Below the pieces are notes generated by a model. That model searched no databases and was not told where the DNA came from. It was given only the letters and a program-made list of their open reading frames with translations. Below are positions 38,175-50,609 of a DNA stretch of 50,609 nt, piece by piece. The position numbers and the translations under genes are program-made. The stretch comes from Cystobasidiomycetes sp. EMM_F5 (lineage: Eukaryota), in assembly GCA_051047955.1 (NCBI GenBank), contig JBPGPT010000014.1, positions 372,001 through 422,609 on the forward strand, in the 5' to 3' direction. Within the stretch, counting starts at the first letter, position 1. The number at the start of each line of letters is the position of its first letter.

Positions 38175-41100
38175 ATGGCAGCAGCAGCAGCAGTAGCAGC
38201 ATTAGCAGCAGCAGCACCGACAGCCGACGACCAGGACTCGACGATAGCCGCAGAGGGCGTCACCAGAGGCAGCGGCAGCGACAGTGACAGTGGTAACAGC
38301 AGCAACCAAGTCGTAGTCGCCGACAGCAGTACGCCTGCACGGCTCACCCGCTCAGCGTCCAGGTGAGTTCTCGCATCCGGGCCTTTTGCAGCGTTGCAGC
38401 CCTTAGTCGTGTCTGACAATGTCTTTGGGTGTGATGAATGCTGACGTGTGTTGTAATTTATCCCACTCTGACTGACGCTGATGGCGTCGCATGTCGCTTT
38501 TTGATGCTGCTGGCACTGCTGACTGGCATTGACATTCAAAGAGCAAGGCCGTCGCAAGCAGACGGGAATAATCACCTCAACGGCAACAGCAACAGCGACA
38601 CTGGCACACTAATCAATCCATCCAACAAATCACTCGGCAAACGACGAGCAGTGTCGCCCATCCACAGCGAGACTTCAGAAGACGCAGCTCCGTCAGCCTC
38701 GTCAACGCCAGTCACACAGAGACAGACTTCCTCTCACAAACGACGTAGACTGGGAGAACCAGGTTCAACGGCTGCTCTTACCGCATCACAGTCTTCGGCT
38801 TCGGCGTACAACCTTCGATCTCGTGGAACGAACACCACCGCAGATCATATTGCAGGCGGTCAAGAGCACACATCTACCAATTCAACCCCATTCTCCACTT
38901 CCTCATCCCCTGCAGTCTCTTCACCTCTCCGAGGCTTGACGACGAGGACGGCAAGGATGCCACGAAAGAGCTCGGGAGGTAGTGGTGGGAGTAGAGGTGG
39001 CAGCAACAATGCCAGTGGTTCAGGCTCACTGCGCGCAAAAGCAGCTGCAAACGCGGCGATCCAAGCTGCCAACGCCTCATTTGGGTCATCGTCTGGTTCT
39101 GCAGCGAGGGCAAATTCAAATCCAAACCCATCACCATCGACTTCTGCCACGCGTTCGTCGAAACGGCAGCGCGATTTGCAGAGCTTTGATGTGGAAGGCA
39201 TGGTGGGCGATATGGAGACTGACGAGTCGTATGACGAAGATGTAGATCAGAGTATTGACGATGACGATGCTCCCGGGCCAAGTGGGACGTCAAGCACAAC
39301 TCCGTCCACATCGATGAGCAAGAGTGTAGCAAAGAGTAGACAGAAGGATCGTACTGTCAACCCTGCTGCTTCTGCTCGAACGGAAAGGAGGAGATCAGCA
39401 AGACTGGGCGCGTCCGATAAACCGACAGATGCATCGAGTAGTGATGCAGTCATGGCGGAGGCCAGCGGGAGCGGGAGCACGACCCCAAGTGGAGAGTGGT
39501 CAAAGAGTACAGGAAGCGGCAGCAAGGGCCCTTCTGGATCATTTTCCACATTGGCAGCTGCAGGTGCAGATGCAGATGCGGGCGAATGGCTCTCAGCTGC
39601 CGCACACAACGATGAAGATGTTCGTCTACTGCGTGAGGGGTCTGTCGATTCTGTGGGGGACTTGGATGACATGCATGTCGTTCACGACGAGGACGATGAG
39701 GACCACGACCACGACGACGATGATCCAGAAGGAGTCGACATTGACGACGAAGACGACGAGGACGACGATATCGATGAAGACGACGAGATTGGCTTGCACG
39801 GTCTAGGACCAGGTGACGATGATCTCATGGACGACGATATCGACGCTCCCCTTACCTTTGACGCAGATGGAAACCTCTTGTCTGGCAACGGAACGACCCT
39901 CGAACCGACTGGTAGTACCTCTGTCAATACCGAAGCAGGAACGGGAGCTTCGAGCAGATCCAGTCTACTAGCAGCAAATTCCGCGACGGCAGCACTGTTG
40001 GACGCACTTGCTGCTGGTATACCCGCAGATACAATGGCAGCTGCCGCAGCGGCAATGTCAGCTTCAGGCTTTGGGTCGCGTCTGACCGGATCCGGGTCGT
40101 CGTCGGGCTGGGGTTCAACTGCAGCTGGCACAGCCAACCCTTGGGGAGAAGCTGCAGCGGGAGCGTCTACCGGCCAGACGGGACAAGGTGGTGACGATCA
40201 CGCAGGAGGAAACGACGAAGATGACGATGACGCTGACGATGAAGGGAGAGCAGAGAGGGAAAATGGAAGAGGGTTCGATGCCTTTGCCGCTTCCCTTAGA
40301 GGCTTCTCGGGCGTCATGTCTGGCATGTCAAATCGGCTACGAACTATGCTTACTGATTTGCGAAACAAGACGGATGCATCCGTGAGGATGGTTGCCTTGC
40401 AGGAACTATCTGAGCTGCTCTCCATGTCAACCGAAGATACACTCGCGGGATACTTCTCGGTGGATGCATTCGTAAAGGAGCTCGTCTCGTGTCTCAAGAA
40501 TGGCGGTGGATCTACGGACCTCCAAGCGCAATTTGACACTTCTGGAGATATGGACGAGGACATGATGGCTGCTCTTCAGGCCGCGGCGAATGCTGACAAC
40601 GGACCGGGAGAGAATGTAGAAGAGATGCAGCTACTGGCTTGCAGATGCTTGGCAAATCTCATCGAAGCTATGCCGCATACGGCGCACAATATCGTAGGCA
40701 ACGGTGCGGTCCCCGTCCTCTGCTCAAAGCTATTTGAGATTACCTTTATCGATCTGGCCGAACAGACCATCAGCGTAAGTGCATCATAAGGTAATTTGCG
40801 ATTCTAATGAACATTGACACTGCCTACTGCAGACTTTGGAGAAACTCTCTGAAGAAATGCCAAACGCAATCGTGCGGGATGGCGGTCTTTCCGCATTATT
40901 GGGATACCTCGATTTCTTCTCGACGCACGTACAGCGCAATGCGCTCACAGCCGTAGCGCACTGCTGCAACAACCTCAGTATCGAAGCGTTCGAGTCGGTC
41001 CGCGAAGCCATGCCTATTTTGCGAAATGTGCTGTCATCCTACCCAGATCGCAAGCTGGTCGAACAGGCCTGCTTGGCGACAACACGTATTGTCGAGTCAT

Positions 41101-44100
41101 ACCGCCATCACCCAGACAAGCTCGAGATTCTCCTCACCGCCGATCTTCTTACCGCCATCACAGCTCTTCTGATTCCAGGAGGTGCTAATTCAACGGTCGA
41201 CTCCTCTACCCATCCAAAGATTCTGAAGCTCCTCAGTACGGCTGCAAAGTCCAGTCCTGAGATTGCAATGTCTCTCATCGATAAAGACATCGGTACTACA
41301 CTGTACCAAATGTTGACAGGCACGTCTCCGCCGTTAGAAAGCGAAGGGTTGCAGGGTATCAAGAAACATCTCGAGATGGATGATATGCTCGTTCTCAACA
41401 ACTTGGTTCATCGGTCGAAGGACGTCGTGCAAGAAACGCTAGCATTGACGAGTGAACTCATGCCCGCTTTGCCGAGAGATGGTATCTTCGATCCGAAAGC
41501 ACACATGCACCGCTCATCAAGGAGCAAAGTCAAGAAGGAGGACTTGACACCCGCCAACGCTGATGCAAGCGGGACCAGCAATCCTGCGCAGCCGTCAAAC
41601 AGCAATGCTACGAGTACGTCTGCTGGAGCAGCTTCGACCTCAACTACTGCACCAAACGCGACTACGAGCACTTCGACTTCAACGACTCGATCATCTCGCA
41701 ATGTCAAGAGGACCAGCAGCCGGCGATCCGTGCTCGAATCCAGCAGCAACGAAGAAACTGAAACTGTCGTCAAGCGTGAAGAAGAGACGCCAGCTCTTGA
41801 CGAACAGCATGCACAGTCTTCGCAGCCTTCAGCTCTGAACAGCTCGCTTCGTGCACGCGAAAGCGCGCAAGAGCGCCGTATCGAACTGATCAACAGCGCA
41901 TACAGGGACAACACGCAAAGGAAGGTCACCCTCCATCGTTTCTTTGCCCTGCTACTCCCCACCCTGCTGGATGCGTACTCAGCGAGCGTCGGTGTTCAAG
42001 TCAGATCAAAAACCTTCCAGTGTATGCTCAAGATCGTGCAATTTTGCAGCGCCGAATACTTGCCTGAAATCCTTACCGTGAGTCTGCTGAAGCCTGGCAA
42101 AATGCTATCTAACCGATGACTGATTCACATATCCGTCCCTAGATTGTTCCCATGGCAAGCTTCTTGGGCTCGTGCTGCAATGCAAATGATCAGCTGCAGC
42201 TTGTCGTAGACGCCTTAATGATGACGGAGCTGCTTCTCACAAAGGTTCCAGATACGTATCAATACTACTTTCGCCGCGAAGGTGTGATGTGCGAGTTGGA
42301 GAAGATGGCGGAGAAACCACTTGTGCTTGTGAAATCAAAGAAAACGTCTTCATCCGCTTCCGGGACACCGACTGCGAGTACTCCAACAGGAAACACCGGA
42401 GGGGCAGCGACGCCCACGGACGATGGAGGGGACGCAGGTGATCTCGGAACACGATTAGCTCCACAGTCTCTGCTTGCCACTGCTGTGGCTAGCAAGACTT
42501 ACAGCAATGCCGATGCATTCTACGCCGATAGCATCACTCTTCGCGCACGCCACCTGCGAAAGCTTCTCGCTCAGTCTGCCCAAGGAGATGGCTCGCTCAA
42601 AGCGGATTCCGCGTTGAATCGGATTAGGGGCTTGGTGGCTGTTCTGGACGAGGTCTCTACCCCGGGATTATCGCATGCGAAAGCAAGAACAAAAGCTGAC
42701 GATGCCCTTCGCGAACTTGCGGACCTCTTCACCAACGAGAATGCAATGTCGAGCTTCGAGATGCAAGAAGGCGGCCTGATCGGAGGCTTATTGCGATTTG
42801 CGACAAGCGGGACACCCGAAACACTCAGCAATCCCGAAAGAAAACAGCTTATTATGAATGCCTTTATGATTAACGGTGCATCTCCCAGCAGTGCTTTAAG
42901 CTTCTTGGTTAAGCGTTTGCAGGAAGCATTGGGTAAAGCAGAAAAGTTCGAGGTGGTGTCAGCCTTGCCATCCAGCAGCGACTCGCGCCAAAATCCAGCA
43001 GCTATGCTTGCTCGACAAATCAAGATCCGTCTAGTATCTGCGGAAGGCGCTGCTGCTCCAAAAGGCATTGCGCAAATGGTGATATCGATACATGCGATCG
43101 CGACATTCCAAGCGCTTAATGACTATCTGAGACCGAAGCTTGTCAAAGCCTACAGTGCTCAGGGGAAAAGCCAGCCAACTAGTCCTGCACTCACCCCCAG
43201 CGCAGGCGGTGGGTCAGGAAGCAGCCGCCTATCCGGAGTCTTGGCGGCATTGGCAGCTGCTACGGGGATGCATAGCGCCGAGACCGAAGCTGCCATCGCT
43301 GCACTTTCAAGCAGTCGTACAGCACCGGCGGCCTCAACTTCGGCGATCTCTACTCCCGCATCATCCTCGCGCAATCCTCCCTCCATTCCTTCTGAGCCAG
43401 TCCGTCGCCGCAGTTCTCGCTTGAGTGCACGAGCCGGGGCCTCAGCTTCTTCCGCAAGTGCGGCTGATACATCGGTGAACAGGTATGCATGCCTTTGCCC
43501 CCAGGTTGAGGTGGACTACCGCTGATTTCATCATGATACAGCGCAACCCAGGATGTCTCTACCACGTTCGGAGGCGCCGACGAGGCTGACGAGAGTAATC
43601 AGGTCAGTGCGACGTGAAACATGTTGACCTTTGGTTGAGACAGTACATTCACAGATTCCACCGAGCGATCTATCAGCACCTGCTACGGCAGAAGCAGCAG
43701 AAGACCGCCCAGTCAACGTCGAGATGGCGTCCGATGGCAGCAGAATCAATGTCAGTACACCCGATGGGACCCGCGTGCAGACGCCTGTGCCGCCTTCGTC
43801 GTCTTCTACAGAACCGTCAGTCGCGGCCTCTGTCAGCGGAAGTGGGTCCGGTGTTCCGGTCGCAACGCGATCGTATGCTGCTGCCTTGAAGACTGCTCCG
43901 TCCGACTGGCATCTGACTTTCAGTATGAACGGACATGAGGTTGATATGAGTCAAACCATCTTCGGCGGCGTCTACCAACACGAGTTGCGATCAGGCAATC
44001 CGAACGGTGTCAGAGGCATGTGGCATCAAGTCTACACCGTCACATACACGAAGCACACAGGCTCGGCGCAAGATCGAAAGCAGAAGATCGCAAATGCAGC

Positions 44101-45876
44101 GTCCGAGACCGACCTACCTGCGTTCCTCACCGATGACTTGCGGCAAGCCAATATCCTGCGCTTGCTGGCTGTCTTGCATCAAGTGAACCTCGACTATGCA
44201 GAAACCAAGGACGGACGGTCCCTGACCAGTCTGGATGCAGCTGCCGCAATGGTTCCAGCCAATGTCTTCGTCAACAACAAACTTACTGCCAAGCTGAACC
44301 GGCAGCTCGAGGAACCCATGATAGTAGCATCACACTGTCTACCGGACTGGACTATAGAGCTGCCTGTCCTCTTTCCATTCCTTTTCCCCTTCGAGACTCG
44401 TTACGTGTACCTCCAGTCTACATCATTCGGATTCGCCCGCTTGATGCAGAAATGGCTCCAAGCAGCTCGCTCTGACGCGAATCCTCGCCATACGGATCAG
44501 CTGATGGTACTAGGGCGTTTGCAGAGGCAGAAAGTACGCATATCCAGGGCTCGTCTTTTCGAGTCGGCAACGAAAGTATTCGAGTTATACGGATCTAGCA
44601 AGGCTTTACTCGAAGTCGAATACTTCGACGAGGTTGGAACTGGACTTGGTCCCACTCTGGAGTTCTACTCGCTCCTATCGAAGGAGTTCCGAAGGCGTAA
44701 GTCGAGACAAGAGAGTCTGTGCAGCACTAATTGCTTTTCTCTGGCAGGTTCGCTCAAATTGTGGCGAGACAACGACACCTCGGTCGAGTCCGATTATACT
44801 CAGAGTCCAGCAGGCCTCTTCCCAGCACCTATAAGCGAGACGGATCTAGACACAGAAGCAGGGCGCAAACGACTAACAGAATTCAAGACGCTGGGTGCTG
44901 TAGTTGCAAAAGCGCTCATGGATTCACGCATCGTAGACTTGCCATTTAGTCGGCTGTTCGTTAAACTGATCTTGGACCAGCCTATTGTCAATAATGTCGC
45001 CACTATCAAAGTGAGCCCGGCTGCAGGAACTGAGAATGTTGATGAATCGAGCTGACATTGCTCAACAGCTCCTCGACCCTGTGCTGGCGCAATCACTGGA
45101 GCGCCTTGCAAAGTATATCGAGGAACGTCAAGTGATTGAAGCCGCAGATATCGGCGAGGAGAATATAGCGGCTGCCGTATCCGAAATTACCGTTGATGGA
45201 GCCAAACTCGAGGATCTCTCACTCGATTTCATCCTCCCCGGCTACGACATCGAACTCAAGCTGGGCGGCAGGGACATTGCCTTAACGCTCGATAATCTGC
45301 CCGAATATCTCGAGCTCGTCATCGATTGGACGCTGCAACGAGGGGTCAAGCCTTTTGTTGAGCGATTCAAGCAAGGCTTCTCCGACGTTTTCCCAATTCG
45401 CGACCTTCACACTTTCTTCCCAGACGAGCTCATTCGGCTGTTTGGCGATGAAGAAGAAGACTGGACTGCAGAAACTATTGGTGATGCTATTAAAGCAGAC
45501 CACGGTTACAGTCTCGCATCTCCTGCTATCGCCAATTTCGTCTCCATTGTCTCAAAGTTCGAACATGACATGCGCCGACAAGCGCTATCCTTCTTTACTG
45601 GCGCCAGCAGGCTGCCTATCGGCGGCTTCGGCGGCCTCAACCCACCCCTCACCGTAGTCAGAAAGCCAGCTGATGCTGGCTTGACTCCTGATGATGTTCT
45701 GCCGTCTGTCATGACTTGCGCAAACTTCGTCAAAATGTATGTCTGGCTCACTTCATTCAGTATGCAGCTCCGCTAACGCTTGTCCAAACAGGCCTGAATA
45801 CTCTTCAAGGGAAGTCATGGAAGAGCGGCTCGTGAAAGCAATACTCGAAGGCGGTGGTGCCTTCCATTTAAGTTGA
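38175..45876 (+). CDS. UFD4: HECT E3 ubiquitin ligase Ufd4/TRIP12
   Basis: ARM region (ALQELSELLSMSTEDTL, LLACRCLANLIEAMP, FIDLAEQ); FVNNKLTAKLNRQLEEP, LGRLQRQKVRISR, EVGTGLGPTLEFY, LPSVMTCANF (catalytic Cys); ends GAFHLS*. Confidence 0.96.
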
Positions 45877-46046
45877 CACCTATCGCGCTCATCTCTTGCT
45901 CGCGTGGCAACCTCGCGTCACAACCACCACCATAAAGTAACGGAAAGTCGACATTACTTCGGCTACATGTAACATTTTTAAGTTTTAGTAGATGTTTCAG
46001 CAGTGCATGCAGTGATGCTACCCAAAGATGCTACATCATTTTGGTT

Positions 46047-47495
46047 TCAGGCCCATTGCCCCTCTAAAGCCCGAATTTCAAGCGTGTCCTTTTGCTCTCT
46101 AAACGCTTTTAGCTGGCCAAACACTTCGTCGTAGATGACCTTGTCGTCATCTTCTTTCTTCTCTCGGTCCTTCACCTCTTCCTGAGTCTTTTCAGCTGGT
46201 TCGATCACCTCCTTCTCACTATGGTCCGGTAGGGTCTGCTTGCCAGAGATTAGCAGTAGTTCCTGACCTACAATACCGAGGCTGTCAGCCAAAGAAAGAC
46301 ACAATTCGGAAAAGCAAATGCTTACCCGGATAATCAAGCAATTCGACGGGGTTTGCGGGTATCCACCTCGTCGTGAAAAGCGCGCGCAGCTCCGGAGGAT
46401 AGGCGTCTTTCTGATCATCCCGCTTACGTGGAGCTGCTGGATTTGTGCTTGGAGCATCAGGATTTTTTACGCTAATAAGGATACTACCTGTTGGCTGAAT
46501 CTCCAGCTCCTTCTGCACATCTCCAAAATCTTCGGGAAGCGGGACAGATATCGAGTAGGCAAGATAGACAGGATGATCGCGAGGATGGTCATCTGAGGCG
46601 CGTTCTTCGGGTTTGATACCTTCGCCTGACGTTGGAGAATGGAGAATGTAATGGCCATAAGCCGCACATCGTGATGCTGGTTGATGACGGGTTCCTCGCG
46701 TCTTCGTTTCGTAGCTGCTAGACCCGAATGCGTCCTGCAATTCGCTCAGGTCACTTCCGACTCTGGACAGCATACCCCATTCCTGCTCTCGATTGCCAGT
46801 CTCACGAGCGGCAGGCAAATGTTTCCGGCCGCAAGTGATGAAGCGATATTTGGTGTCCTTGCCTCCTTTGGGGCTGGGAAGCAACAGGATATGGCATTTT
46901 GCTACGTCGTCCAGCCCTTGTGGATCATCCGTCTCCACTGCGATTGGATTCAGCCTATCGAGCAATGCTACCCTGAGCCCTCACTGTCTGCTAACCTTTG
47001 GGCTTATACCAGATGTAGATATGTCCAGACTCAAGAGTACCTCTAGAGGGCTTCTTCGCGATACCTTGCTCCATCATTTCGGCTCCTTTAGCTTTTGCGG
47101 CCTCTGCCTGGTCATCAATTTCGTTCGCATCTTTCAGGCCTTGCTTTTCTGCAGCCTCTTGTTTGAGCACGGGATCGTTACCGGCCGGCTGAGCAGTCTT
47201 TGCCTTCTTCTGCTCTGGCTCGTCCTCATCGTCATCCTGTTCATCATTAGCCCGCTTCGCGCCAGAGCTCCTGGATTGTGCAGGTTTGGTGCTACTCTTG
47301 CCGGCAGTAGCTAAGGATGCATATATATCGTTAGCGAATAGTTCACTCAAATGGGGGCTCGCCCAACATACTGTCACCACTTCCGCGGCCTTTCTTGGGC
47401 TTCTTGACATTACCATCGGTGTCTAATGTTTGCTGAATCTTCTGCTCTGCATCTTTGCCAGGTCTAGCTCCACCCGATCTTGTTGCAGGTGCCAT
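46047..47495 (-). CDS. Conserved hypothetical protein, about 4 exons
   Basis: Charged N-terminus then LESGHIYIWYKPK, DDVAKCHILLLP, YRFITCGRKHLP, YETKTRGTRHQP, SVKNP, WIPANPVELLDYPG; ORF pieces linked by GT-AG introns. Confidence 0.8.
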
Positions 47496-47670
47496 GGTAA
47501 GGCTGGTGGTTAAAGACAAGACGGACGCTAAACGCAAACGAAGACTGGATGCGCCGATGACGATCCTCAGAGTCAGTGCACGTGATTTCGTTAGGACGCG
47601 CGACGGAGATATCGCAGGCGAGAAGCATCCTTCCACTTCAAAATAGTCACGCTTCCACGCAGACTCCCGC

Positions 47671-48482
47671 ATGACCGCTGACAATCTTCTCTACTCCCCC
47701 CTTCCCATTCACCTCGAAGCAATCTCTCCAGATGATCCTACCCATGTCGCCGAGCTGACTCGGCAACGTCTGCTGTGCGGATGGGGGTTGCACGATATTC
47801 CGAGATGGCTCGATATGATCCGGAGCGGGGACAGGCTCATGTATTGGATATTCGAGTCGATGGGCAACTCCGCAGACGCGGAAAGACTCGCTCTGGACGT
47901 CGTTGTTCCTACTCAAGATGTTTCGCCCGACGCACTGGCAGCGCTACCTCCACTCAATTCGAGCTTCATGCCGATAGGTCATTGTGCACTAGACTGGCAT
48001 GACTATCTTGATGATGAATCTCTGGCCAACAAGGCCGAAGACAGGATGTGGGCAATACTAAGCTATATGTAGCGTGATAAAAGTGCTGATCTTTGTACAG
48101 AAGCGTGACAACCTTCTTCATACTAAAAAGCCGACAAGGATTGGGACTCGGAAGAGTTACCATGGATCTCATTGAGCAGAAAGCGGAGGAGCTCGGCGCA
48201 AAAACCATCACTTTGAATACGATACCCTCTAAATATATGAAGGACCCCCAGTTCTGGCTCAGCCGCGGCTTGGAGTACGACTATACGACTGCGCCCATCG
48301 CAGAGGAATGGTACAGCCGGCGAGGATACAGAGAGTGTGGGTCTTGATTGGACGCGGACAGCAGGATGAGCTGACTGCCATTTTGTTAGACAGACAAGCA
48401 GGCGCCGAGATACCCGTACAAGACTTTAGATGGAGTCGAACATATCATGGCTTGCGTGTTTATGAGCAAGCCATTATCATGA
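47671..48482 (+). CDS. GNAT-family N-acetyltransferase, 3 exons
   Basis: Acetyl-CoA motif FFILKSRQGLGLGRVTM, GAKTITLNT, WYSRRGY; ends CVFMSKPLS*. Confidence 0.82.
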
Positions 48483-48806
48483 AGGGCGCACTGTACGCGA
48501 GACAGAGACATGGGATAATAGCTTAACGGCCTGTGAAGGCTTGCCGGTCGTAAGATGCATCACAACAACGAGATGGTGTGCGATGCACATAAACGAAGCC
48601 AACATTGATAAAGGCCTGGCATGCCCGTTGCGTGTTTTCTCTGTATGATTACATAATCCGTTTTGCCACTGTTTTGGCCGATCATACCCGTGCCCCGTGT
48701 TTACATTTCCCTTGAGCAATTCAAACTGCGCTCTCTGCTTCTCTCCCCTCCAATCTACATTCGCCTTTCCATCTCTGACAACATCAAACTTCAATCTTAT
48801 ATCTGA

Positions 48807-49262
<456 letters not shown>

Positions 49263-49521
49263 TAACATGCCGCGATTGTAAGCCGGTCTTGCCCTCACTC
49301 GCGGGTCTGCACGTATGCTGATGTGAATATTTATGCCATAGCGGCTCACTGTGTCAGGCCTTGCACCTTTACACTTTCTTCGCTCTTCTCGATTTGACCA
49401 TGTCATCTCCTTAGCTTTTGTTGATCTGCAATCCACTTGATTCTCTTCATTGCGAGTGAGATTCTGCGCGCCCTCGACTACCTTGCCATGACAATCTCAT
49501 TGTGCTTGTCTGCACTGAACA

Positions 49522-50609
49522 TCATTGCGCTGACGATACATCGTACACTCTAGCCGTCCCGTCGTCACTGCCTGATACCAATCTCCGACCATCCGACGAG
49601 ACTGCCACCACATGGAGAACGTCTTGATGCCCAGTAGATGTCTGCACCAGCTTGCCCGTGCGCAGATCCCACGTCTTTAATGACCGGTCTACGCTGCCAG
49701 TCGTGAGCAGGTGCGTAGAAGCGGGGTGAAGCACGAGCGATGTGACAGCATCGTCATGCTCGCCTGTCCACCTAACTGCGCCAGTACTGGCTTCAAAGAC
49801 CTTGACTTTCTTGTCGGTCCCCACAGAAACCCACAAGCCAACACTTCCTGCAGTTCCTGCACTCCAAGCGACCGCTTCCACAGACTCTCCTTCGGCGTGA
49901 CTTTCTAGAGATTGAGCAACCGTTCCATTTGTCAAATTTACTATGCGCAGTGCACCATCAGCCCCGCCGACGATGGCAGATGTGCTAGCCGCATTGACAG
50001 CCAGACACGTCACGCCGCCATCGAAGCGGAACCTCCCATCCGCGTCCGTGAGTTTATGCACTGGCGCGCCAGATCTTGGATCCCAAACTATAAGAGTCCC
50101 GTCTTCTGATGCTGTTATTAAGCGTTTCCCATCCGGCAGGAAACGTCCACACGTTACCGGAGCGGTATGCCCGGAAAATACATTCATATTGTCACCAGAA
50201 GGTACTTCGGAACGAGACTTTATTAGTCTGCAGCGAGATCCTGTGTATCATTAGCATGTGCCACTCACGCCTCCACATCCACACTGTTCCGTCACCAGTA
50301 CCGCATGCCAAAACAGCCCCATTGGGGTGCCAGTCGAGCCACTACCGCACACTGCCTTCAGCACTTCACGTAGATTGACTGTATTCTTTGCTGAGGCTTA
50401 CAGAAATCTCCTCCATGCCCTCGAGAACCGTTAAGAACTCCCATTTGCTATATTCCCAGCTCCCTTGCGGTGTGTTCTTCGATCTCCTCCACACCCTAAC
50501 TCTTCCGTCCATACCTCCGGTAGCTACAAGTTCACCATCGGTGCTCCATCCGCTGGCAACCACGGAATCTGTATGACCTGACAGTTTTGCAATTTCCTCG
50601 CCCGTGTCT
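49522..50609 (-). CDS. SQT1: WD40 ribosome assembly chaperone Sqt1/AAMP, 5' end outside the window
   Basis: GHTDSV...GELVATGGMDGRVRVW, WLDWHPNGAVLACGTGDGTVWMW, MNVFSGHTAPVTCGRFLPDGKRL, ESVEAVAW. Confidence 0.85.

Noticed and set aside
44697..44747. Apparent 17-aa insertion in the HECT domain (and an 18-aa one in BFR2, 29703-29756)
   Set aside because: Both are ordinary GT-AG introns of 3n length without stops, read through by the ORF track.

Overview
Compact, intron-rich fungal nuclear DNA (about 50% GC; 45-70 nt introns with CTRAY branch points). A CRIB-containing WASP and a histone H4 ending in FGA suggest a basidiomycete (inference). I read about 20 protein-coding genes, reconstructing exons by eye: two disordered orphans, NDUFA2, Cdc25/Mih1, Arc1, a microbial rhodopsin, a Gly/Tyr-rich orphan, WASP, Ubc13, a P-loop ATPase, PTEN, TRAPPC12-like, Tim44, tannase/feruloyl esterase, Bfr2, an acidic DUF2420-like protein, an F-BAR/SH3 protein, a Ufd4 HECT ligase, a conserved hypothetical, a GNAT, histone H4 and Sqt1. 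No transposon, rRNA, tRNA or CRISPR was recognised. The main unexplained signals are: (1) a ~210-nt intergenic element with mutually exclusive helices (25604-25815); (2) a minus-strand intron whose removal completes an H/ACA-like hairpin (30188-30485); (3) a rhodopsin that keeps its retinal Lys, has a signal peptide and sits behind a motif-dense promoter; (4) four symmetric proline-repeat mini-exons in WASP; (5) three nearby GC-AG introns. Gene spans include introns, and no database search was run.
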